From positions 4,175 to 68,174 of the forward strand of contig CAZXFJ010000002.1 in assembly GCA_964640435.1 (NCBI GenBank): 64,000 nt of DNA, given 5' to 3'. Under the pieces are notes generated by a model. It was given only the letters and a program-made list of their open reading frames with translations. It was not told where the DNA came from and ran no database searches. Position numbers and translations under genes: made by a program. The DNA is from an uncultured Gammaproteobacteria bacterium. Its GTDB lineage: Bacteria; Patescibacteriota; Microgenomatia; Levybacterales; GWA1-39-11. This document shows, in pieces, positions 56,946 through 64,000 of the stretch (the stretch's first letter is position 1; the number at the start of each line of letters is the position of its first letter).

Positions 56946-58273
56946 TGCTTAAACTTATCCGTACTAATGTATACCTGTTGTTACTTCTTGCTATACTTGC
57001 TCTAGGCTTGATGCTTAGGACAAATAACTTGTATACCTGGCCAAGACTTGGGGCAACATTTGATGAATACGCTTGGACTTGGCAAGGAATGAATATTATA
57101 CAAAAAGGAGTTCCTATCTCTTGGTCACCACATCCTCAATATAAAAATGCAAAAGATATAATTTATCAACGAACTCATTTCAGAATTGTTACACCATTTT
57201 TAGAACACCCGCCAATATTTGGTTTAGTTGCAGGATCGTTTGCAATTATTAATGGAGCGGACGACATGTATCATTTAACTATCGAAAATATTCGGCCTCT
57301 TGCGGTTATTCTTGGCCTCTTATCAATATTAATGGTGTTTCTCTTAACGTCTGAAGTATATGACAAAAAAACTGGTCTAATCGCCTCACTTATTTACACG
57401 ATTATTCCAACGATTGCTGTAGGTTCGCGAATTGTTCAGAATGAAAACTTTTTTATTCCTTTTTGGCTTCTCTCTCTTTGGCTAATTGTTAAATATATAA
57501 AAAATAAAAGGTCTCTCTATATGTATTTTGCTGCAATAATCTGCGCATTACTTGTTCTTGCAAAGATACCCTGGATTGCCGCTGCTGGATCTATATTTTT
57601 AATCTTTATGTACTTGAAGCAATACAAAAACGCATTTATCTTTTTCATGATTCCTATTATCTCGCTCGTCATGTTTGTCATATACGGCTTCTATTTTGAT
57701 AAAGACGTTTTTATTAATCTATGGGCACTTCAATTAAATCGATACGATATAGCTTTTAATAGCATTTTTGCTCTTTTTACTGAGCCTTTTTTGGCAGATA
57801 GATATACAGTTGATGGGTGGATCTATTTTGGATGGTTTGCCTTCATTTTATTACTCGTATCTGATTTTAAGAAAAATTATCCCGTTATTTTGGGGCTACT
57901 CGCGTACTTTTCAATCTTTATCTTCGCCATCCCCAATGAAGCTGGACATGGTTGGTATAGATATCCGTTTTATCCCTTCCTTGCTATTTCGCTAGCAATT
58001 TTTCTGAAAGAGTATTACAAGAAAAACATTCTACTTACGTTCTTTTTTATTGTTTTTGTTGTAACTTCGCTTTTACAACTTTCATATGGTGTAAGCGTGG
58101 GCTTCTCATTTAAAATTTTTAGAGTTTTTCTACTATCTACAACTCTTATACTTCTCCCTCTGTTCTTTACGAATAAAAATTTAGTTAAACTCTCGCATTT
58201 ATATTGTAATGCAATGCTTGGTGTAATTTTACTGTTAAGTATTTGGTCAATTCTAAACTATAATGAGCAATAA
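56945..58273 (+). CDS. GT-C membrane glycosyltransferase, GT39/GT83 (ArnT/PMT-like)
   Basis: 442 aa, polytopic. First-loop TFDEYAWTWQG acidic DE motif. Confidence 0.6.
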   Translation: MLKLIRTNVYLLLLLAILALGLMLRTNNLYTWPRLGATFDEYAWTWQGMNIIQKGVPISWSPHPQYKNAKDIIYQRTHFRIVTPFLEHPPIFGLVAGSFAIINGADDMYHLTIENIRPLAVILGLLSILMVFLLTSEVYDKKTGLIASLIYTIIPTIAVGSRIVQNENFFIPFWLLSLWLIVKYIKNKRSLYMYFAAIICALLVLAKIPWIAAAGSIFLIFMYLKQYKNAFIFFMIPIISLVMFVIYGFYFDKDVFINLWALQLNRYDIAFNSIFALFTEPFLADRYTVDGWIYFGWFAFILLLVSDFKKNYPVILGLLAYFSIFIFAIPNEAGHGWYRYPFYPFLAISLAIFLKEYYKKNILLTFFFIVFVVTSLLQLSYGVSVGFSFKIFRVFLLSTTLILLPLFFTNKNLVKLSHLYCNAMLGVILLLSIWSILNYNEQ

Positions 58274-59114
58274 TATGAAAATATTAATTACAGGTGGGGA
58301 TGGTCAATTGGCAAAATCTATAGCTGGATTTTATCCAGATGAAAATCTTGTTCTTGTAAGTAAAAAAGATCTTGATGTTACTGATAGGGATGGTGTTTTT
58401 CAAAAAATATCTGAACAAAAACCTGATATAGTATTTCATTTTGCATCACTTACTCGAGGGGATGAATGCACTAAAAATCCTGAGCTGGCGCATAAAATAA
58501 ATGTTGTGGGCACGGAAAATGTTGTAAAGGCAGTAAAGAGGTTAGGTATTGAACTGGTTTTTGTAAGTACTAACGAAGTTTTTGACGGGGAGAAAAAAGA
58601 TCCTTATACTGAAGATGATTCACCAAATCCAATAACCGTTGTTGGTGAAACGAAATATGATGCTGAAAAGAAAATTAGGGAAAATTTGGAAAAGTACTAC
58701 ATTATTAGAACTTCCTGGCTATTTAGTAAATGGAGTAACAATTTTCTCCAGGCCATATTTAAAAAAGCAAAAGATAAGAAAAGGGTGGAGCTTGTCGTAG
58801 ATGAAGTAAGTTCACCTACATATTCAATAGATCTTGCAAAAGCTATTAAAGAGCTTGTTGATACAGGTAAATATGGGATATATAACCTGGCAAATTCGGG
58901 ACAAGCATCACGCCTTGAGTTTGCAAAAAAAGCATTTGAGTTAAAAGGACTATCTGATGTTGAAATTAATCCTTTACCTTTAGCCTCTTTTAATAGGTTA
59001 TCAAAGCCACCTCTTTTTACTCCGTTGTCTATTAAGAAGGCAAACGGCTTAGGTATTAATATCAGAGACTGGGAAAGTGCATTAGCTGAATTTCTTTCAG
59101 AGAACAATATATGA
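58263..59114 (+). CDS. dTDP-4-dehydrorhamnose reductase-like (RmlD-type) nucleotide-sugar reductase
   Basis: ILITGGDGQLAK Rossmann motif. Catalytic block TKYDAEKK (Y-x3-K) and STNEVFDG. The alternative start at 58275 gives MKILITGG. Confidence 0.7.
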   Translation: MSNNMKILITGGDGQLAKSIAGFYPDENLVLVSKKDLDVTDRDGVFQKISEQKPDIVFHFASLTRGDECTKNPELAHKINVVGTENVVKAVKRLGIELVFVSTNEVFDGEKKDPYTEDDSPNPITVVGETKYDAEKKIRENLEKYYIIRTSWLFSKWSNNFLQAIFKKAKDKKRVELVVDEVSSPTYSIDLAKAIKELVDTGKYGIYNLANSGQASRLEFAKKAFELKGLSDVEINPLPLASFNRLSKPPLFTPLSIKKANGLGINIRDWESALAEFLSENNI

Positions 59115-59956
59115 AAAAAAATAAATTAATTTCTATTGTTATTCCTACTCGAAATTCTGCAATAGTTTTGGAGAATTGTCTCAAAAGCATAAAAGAGCAA
59201 AATTATAAACCCGTAGAAGTGATTATTGCTGATGGTAGATCCACTGATAATGTTCGTGAACTTGCTGAAAAATATAATTGTCGATATTTTAAGTACAAAA
59301 CACACTTACGTGAAGTCTATTTTGATGCGCCTCACAAAATTAATTTTGGTGCGTCCAAAGCCAGGGGAGATTATATATATTGGTTAGATGCTGATATGGA
59401 ATTAACCCCCAATCTTCTCGCAGAAGCGGTAAGGCTTTGTGAAGAGGGGGCTGGTGCTGTAATTTTACCTGAAGATTCATTCGGAGAAGGGATTTGGGCA
59501 AAAGCGAAACAACTTGAAAGAAGATGTTATTGGGGTGATGATTCTGTAGAATCTCCAAGATTTTTCAAAAAAAGTGTCTGGGAGGAGATTGGTGGATTTG
59601 ATTTATCCCTTGGTGCTGGAGGAAATGACTGGGATCTACATATACAAGTTCTTGAACATGGATACAAAGTTGCTCGAACAAAAAATATTGTACGACATAA
59701 TGAAGGAAATTTAAATCTAATAAAACTTTTTAAAAAAAGATTTATGTATGGTAGAGAAGCAGTTAAGTATATTGGTAAAAGACCCAAAGCGAGTTTTGCC
59801 AACTTCTTTCCGATAAGGTATTCCTATATTAAAAACTGGAGAAGTTTCGCCAAGCAGCCAATAACTACTGGCGCTTTTGTAGTAATGCGTACGGTTGAGT
59901 ATACTGGAGGATTTTTGGGAATTGTTACTAATTCAATGGAGAAGAAGAAAAAATAA
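59111..59956 (+). CDS. GT2 glycosyltransferase
   Basis: ISIVIPTRNSA...IIADGRSTDN and LDADMELTP. 281 aa. Confidence 0.75.
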   Translation: MKKNKLISIVIPTRNSAIVLENCLKSIKEQNYKPVEVIIADGRSTDNVRELAEKYNCRYFKYKTHLREVYFDAPHKINFGASKARGDYIYWLDADMELTPNLLAEAVRLCEEGAGAVILPEDSFGEGIWAKAKQLERRCYWGDDSVESPRFFKKSVWEEIGGFDLSLGAGGNDWDLHIQVLEHGYKVARTKNIVRHNEGNLNLIKLFKKRFMYGREAVKYIGKRPKASFANFFPIRYSYIKNWRSFAKQPITTGAFVVMRTVEYTGGFLGIVTNSMEKKKK

Positions 59957-60034
59957 AAAGCTCAATGTTGCTTTTTAATAAATTTTGAATATAATTTTAT
60001 ACGTAATAGTGGTATTTTATCTTATTATACCGCT

Positions 60035-60040
60035 ATAATA
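60035..60040 (+). promoter_or_regulatory. -10-like TATAAT in the AT-rich 99-nt gap upstream of the GME-like gene
   Basis: TATAAT at 60035-60040, 15 nt before the ATG at 60056. This is the only sizeable intergenic gap in the right half of the locus. Confidence 0.3.
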
Positions 60041-60055
60041 GTTAGTTATTCTTAT

Positions 60056-61057
60056 ATGATAAAGAAAACAAAAAAAACTATAAAATCGAGAGGTAAAACA
60101 GCGCTAGTTTTAGGTGCCGGAGGTTTTATAGGTAACCACTTAGTAAAAAGGCTTAAATCCGAAGGGTACTTTGTTAGAGGAGCTGATATCAGAAAACCAG
60201 AATACGGAAAAAGTCTTGCCGATGAATTTATGATTGTTGATCTTCGAAGGCAAAAAAGCTTTGAGAAGGTTATGGATAAGCCATTTGATGAGGTATATCA
60301 GCTTGCAGCAGATATGGGTGGGGCTGGTTATATTTTCACTGGTGAACATGATGCAGATGTAATGCATAATTCTGCATTAATTAATCTAAATGCTCTTCAG
60401 TATGGACAAAAAGCAGGAATAAGGAAAATATTTTTCTCCTCATCTGCATGTATATATCCTGAACACAATCAAGTTGATCCTGATAATCCAAACTGCGAAG
60501 AATCTTCAGCTTACCCAGCAAATCCGGATAGTGAATATGGTTGGGAGAAGTTGTTTAGCGAGAGAATGTTTCTTGCATATCATAGAAATTATGGCATGAA
60601 TATTAGAATAGCAAGATTCCATAATATTTTTGGTCCAGAGGGAGCTTGGAATAATGGTAAAGAAAAGTCACCAGCAGCAATATGCAGGAAAATTGCGCAA
60701 GCACCTGATGGTGGAACAATTGAGATGTGGGGTGACGGCGAACAAACACGCACATACCTATATATAGATGAGTGCCTGGAAGGTGTAAGACGATTAATGG
60801 ACTCAGACTTTACAGGACCAGTTAACTTAGGTTCAGATGAAATGGTAAGTCTTAACGAGCTTGCTGAAATGGTAATGAAGATTGCAGGCAAAAAAGTTAA
60901 AATTAAACACATTAAGGGGCCCTTAGGTGTGAGAGGTAGAACTTCTGATAATAAGCTAATTAAAAAGAAATTAGGTTGGAAACCTAAGCAACCACTTGTT
61001 GACGGTATGACAAAGACATATGAGTGGATAAATGAACAAGTTAGGAAAGCAAAATAA
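60056..61057 (+). CDS. GDP-mannose 3,5-epimerase-like NAD-dependent nucleotide-sugar epimerase
   Basis: LAADMGGAGYI, FSSSACIYPE, RFHNIFGP, SPAAICRK, MWGDGEQTR, YIDECLEGV and GSDEMVSLNE reproduce the block order of plant GME. Confidence 0.8.
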   Translation: MIKKTKKTIKSRGKTALVLGAGGFIGNHLVKRLKSEGYFVRGADIRKPEYGKSLADEFMIVDLRRQKSFEKVMDKPFDEVYQLAADMGGAGYIFTGEHDADVMHNSALINLNALQYGQKAGIRKIFFSSSACIYPEHNQVDPDNPNCEESSAYPANPDSEYGWEKLFSERMFLAYHRNYGMNIRIARFHNIFGPEGAWNNGKEKSPAAICRKIAQAPDGGTIEMWGDGEQTRTYLYIDECLEGVRRLMDSDFTGPVNLGSDEMVSLNELAEMVMKIAGKKVKIKHIKGPLGVRGRTSDNKLIKKKLGWKPKQPLVDGMTKTYEWINEQVRKAK

Positions 61058-61059
61058 AT

Positions 61060-61872
61060 ATGATTAAAAATTTGGTAATTGGTTCTGATGGATTTATTGG
61101 TAAACCTTTTTGTGAGTATCTATCACAAAAAGGGGAAGAAGTTATTCGTTTTGACATTAAGCGAAACAGTAAGGAAGATGGTAGAAGCTATAAATTTGAT
61201 CTTAAAAAAATAGACAGGGTATATTTTTTAGCTTGGGATGTTGGGGGTTCAAAATACTTATACGATAAAAAACTTCAAATGGGGCAACTTAAGTGGAACC
61301 TCGACTTAATGCGTAATGTGTTTGACGCAATAGAGAAAGAGAAAAAAGATTTCCTTTTTGTTTCTAGTCAATTGGCTGAGGAATGTGACACAGTATACGG
61401 CGTAACTAAAAGACTTGGCGAAGTATGGACTAGTGAACTTGGAGGAGTTTGTGTTAGGGTTTGGAATGCGTATGGTTATATGGAGCCAAACGATGTTAAA
61501 AGTCATGTGATATCCGATTTTGTTCATCAAGCTCTCACCACAAAAAAAATAAAAATGATGACAAAAGGAGAGGAGTCAAGACAGTTTACTCATATAAATG
61601 ATCTCTCAAAATCATTTCATATGGCACTTTCTTTGAAAAATCGTACTCGAACAGTATTTGACGCAAGTAGCTACGAGTGGGCTAGGATTATAGATATTGC
61701 AAATATAATAGCAGAATTAACAGGTGCAAAAGTAATTCAAGGAAAGAGTAATGGGCATGATCCATTACCTTCAAAAAACATGGGTAGAGTTCCCGGATGG
61801 CTTCCCGGTATCACCCTGCGCGATGGAATAAGCGCGATGATTGATCAGGCCAAAAGTATAAATAATGGCTAG
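61060..61872 (+). CDS. short SDR-family NAD(P)-dependent epimerase/reductase
   Basis: IGSDGFIG glycine-rich loop and YGVTK (Y-x3-K). 270 aa. Confidence 0.55.
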   Translation: MIKNLVIGSDGFIGKPFCEYLSQKGEEVIRFDIKRNSKEDGRSYKFDLKKIDRVYFLAWDVGGSKYLYDKKLQMGQLKWNLDLMRNVFDAIEKEKKDFLFVSSQLAEECDTVYGVTKRLGEVWTSELGGVCVRVWNAYGYMEPNDVKSHVISDFVHQALTTKKIKMMTKGEESRQFTHINDLSKSFHMALSLKNRTRTVFDASSYEWARIIDIANIIAELTGAKVIQGKSNGHDPLPSKNMGRVPGWLPGITLRDGISAMIDQAKSINNG

Positions 61873-63103
61873 CAAAGTTAATAACCCTCTTTCAAAGAAT
61901 TCAACTATCCTCTTCTTAACATTTTCAAGATGGGTTGATGGAAAGCGTCTTCCTACAACAGGTAGTCTTGATCCCTTAAGAGATTATTTGGTTCCTAAAA
62001 TTAAAAAACTAGTGATTATTGACCAGGTTCATCCAGGGAGTGATAGGGTAATGCCAATAATTGAGGAGTATAAAGATCAAAGTGGAAAGGTTAAGCTTCA
62101 CAAGTCTTCATGGGTAGTATATTTATTAAAACCATTCTTGCCTTTAAATGGAACTCAGAAGACCCAAATTTCATATAAGTTAAGAGATTTTCTTTCAGTA
62201 ATAGATTGGTCTTTCCGAGATAAAACCAAATTCGATTACTATATCTGCCTTGAAAGTATTAATGCCATAGCAGCTATTTTGATGAGAAAAATGGGAAGAG
62301 TAAAAAAAGTAGTTTATTATGTTTCTGATTACTCCCCTAAAAGATATCCAAGTAAATGGTTTAATTACGTATATCTAATGCTCGATCGATTTGCAGCAAT
62401 GCATTCTGATTACATATGGGATGTATCACCAGCAATGCAGAAAGCACGTATTAGCATAGGACTTGATCCTAAAAAATCTGCTCCAGTGATCGATGTTCCT
62501 AATGGTTTATATCCTGCACAGATTGAAGCAAATCCTATTTCTAAAATTGATAAACACTCTTTTATATATATGGGTACAGTCGGAGCTGAGAATGGACCTG
62601 ATATTGCTATAAAAGCTTTGGCAATTGTTAGAAAAAAATTTAAAGATGCAAAACTTCATATAATTGGAGGTACAGAAAAAGATTTTGAGTGGCTTGCAAA
62701 ACTTGTAAAAAAATTAAAACTTGAAAAAGCAGTAATTTCACATGGTTTTGTTGAAGATGGACTTGAAATGTCTAGAATCATAAGATCTTGTGCGATAGGA
62801 GTTGCTCCGTATCGTGATATTCCTGGTTCAATAAGGCACTATGCAGATGCTGGTAAAATTAGAGCATATTGTGCATCAGGTTTGCCAGTCGTAAGTTCCC
62901 ATGTTCCTCCGCTTGGCTTAGAAGTTGCAAAAAAGGGAGCAGCAATCGTTGTTAAAGATACTCCGGAGGAATTTGCAGATGCAATAATGGATATTTTTTC
63001 AAATAATTCTTTGTATTTAAAATTAAGGAAAAATGCTATTCTTTTTGGTAAAAATAACACATGGAATAATACATTTAAAAATGCATTCTCAAAAATGAAA
63101 TGA
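61865..63103 (+). CDS. GT-B glycosyltransferase (GT4-like)
   Basis: 412 aa. C-terminal Rossmann domain with IYMGTVGAENG...HIIGGTE and VAPY...ASGLPVV. TGA stop. Confidence 0.6.
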   Translation: MASKVNNPLSKNSTILFLTFSRWVDGKRLPTTGSLDPLRDYLVPKIKKLVIIDQVHPGSDRVMPIIEEYKDQSGKVKLHKSSWVVYLLKPFLPLNGTQKTQISYKLRDFLSVIDWSFRDKTKFDYYICLESINAIAAILMRKMGRVKKVVYYVSDYSPKRYPSKWFNYVYLMLDRFAAMHSDYIWDVSPAMQKARISIGLDPKKSAPVIDVPNGLYPAQIEANPISKIDKHSFIYMGTVGAENGPDIAIKALAIVRKKFKDAKLHIIGGTEKDFEWLAKLVKKLKLEKAVISHGFVEDGLEMSRIIRSCAIGVAPYRDIPGSIRHYADAGKIRAYCASGLPVVSSHVPPLGLEVAKKGAAIVVKDTPEEFADAIMDIFSNNSLYLKLRKNAILFGKNNTWNNTFKNAFSKMK

Positions 63104-63999
63104 AGAAATCTATCAAGAAGCAACAAGGCGGACACGATTTTAACTATGAAGAAGTTATTATGGGTGTGTTTCAGGGGAGAAAAAAAGGTTTTGCAAAGGA
63201 GATTTACCAGAAAAAACCTGAACTTCGAAGAGTTGTGGATATGGTCAAAATTAAAAAAGGAAGATTACTTGATATTGGTTGTGGAGGAGGGTATGTTACA
63301 GAGTGTCTTCCAAAATATTACCCAAAAGTAAAAATATATGGTTGTGATGTAAGTGCCACAGCAATAAAATATGCGAAGAAGTTTGGAACAGGCAAAGTAT
63401 CATACAAAGTTATGCAAAAAAAGCTTCCATACCCCTCCAATTATTTTGACGCAATAACTTGTCTTGATGTTCTGGAGCATATTCCAGACGTTGATTTTTT
63501 TATTCGTGAGGTAAGAAGAGTATTGAAAAAAGATGGTGTATTTTTCGGTGCAATTCCATGTGAAGGACAACCATTTACATTTAGTTGGTTTTTTAGAAAA
63601 GTAGGTTTTTGGGGTGATCTAACATATAAACATGTTGGGCACATTCATCCCGAGTTTACTCATAAGTACGTCATGGATCTTTTCACAAAAAAAGGTTTTG
63701 AAGTTGTTGATAAAAGATATGCAGAGAGACTTCCCGTACAATTTCTCCGATATTTCCAATTCATGATTCCTAAAGAAATTTTCGAACTTTTCGTAGGTGA
63801 GAAAAAGGCTTCTGCATATTACGACAGAAGCATTGCTGTGAGTAAAGTTGTAAAAAAAGATCCTTTTATGTTTTTGAGAAATTCATGTTATAAAATTCGC
63901 GACTACACAAAAATAATTGATGATATTGATGCCGAGAAATTTAAAAATTCCTCTTTTGGGGCTTGGAAAATAAACTTACTCGTATCTGTTAAAAAATAA
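63100..63999 (+). CDS. class I SAM-dependent methyltransferase
   Basis: LDIGCGGGYVT motif I, YGCDVS and LDVLEHIPD. 299 aa. Confidence 0.8.
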   Translation: MKKSIKKQQGGHDFNYEEVIMGVFQGRKKGFAKEIYQKKPELRRVVDMVKIKKGRLLDIGCGGGYVTECLPKYYPKVKIYGCDVSATAIKYAKKFGTGKVSYKVMQKKLPYPSNYFDAITCLDVLEHIPDVDFFIREVRRVLKKDGVFFGAIPCEGQPFTFSWFFRKVGFWGDLTYKHVGHIHPEFTHKYVMDLFTKKGFEVVDKRYAERLPVQFLRYFQFMIPKEIFELFVGEKKASAYYDRSIAVSKVVKKDPFMFLRNSCYKIRDYTKIIDDIDAEKFKNSSFGAWKINLLVSVKK

Positions 64000-64000
64000 G

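Noticed and set aside
1-64000. CRISPR arrays, transposases/IS elements, rRNA genes, toxin-antitoxin pairs
   Set aside because: No regularly spaced direct repeats, no DDE/HUH transposase-like ORF, no rRNA-like conserved stretches and no small two-gene toxin-antitoxin-like modules were found when reading both strands.

Overview
AT-rich bacterial window using the standard genetic code (TGA serves as a stop at several ATGA gene overlaps). Gene content and style suggest a small-genome, possibly CPR/Patescibacteria-like organism; that placement is inference only. The left ~9.4 kb is a mixed housekeeping/repair neighbourhood: a 5'-partial ORF running into a tRNA-Glu(CUC) on the opposite strand, a DinB-like protein, a split short-chain ChrA pair, an HExxH protein, a co-operonic family-4 UDG plus AlkZ/YcaQ-like glycosylase, purK-trhO on the minus strand, and purB. 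From 9460 to the window end (~54.5 kb) almost every gene is on the plus strand, tightly packed or overlapping, and devoted to glycan assembly. This block holds 10 GT2 genes (4 of them DPM1/GtrB-like polyprenyl-phosphate sugar synthases), 4 GT-B/GT4 genes, 2 Wzx-like flippases and about 18 polytopic GT-C-like membrane proteins. The GT-C set comprises 3 full-length YfhO paralogs, 4 shorter YfhO-related paralogs with a distinctive N-terminal H-D-G motif, 5 PMT_2/GT39-like proteins including a tandem triplication, 2 GT87/DUF2029-like, an ArnT-like pair, and 2 unassigned. Interleaved nucleotide-sugar enzymes include GalE, an RmlD-like reductase, a plant-type GDP-mannose-3,5-epimerase homolog, a short SDR, a sugar formyltransferase, a CE4 deacetylase and a SAM methyltransferase. 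The only interruption is a small divergently transcribed membrane-protein gene at 27.2 kb, flanked by an operator-like repeat set. A TATAAT-like -10 box sits 5-8 nt before the ATG of at least 13 genes or operon heads, which implies leaderless transcripts. No CRISPR array, transposase or rRNA is visible.
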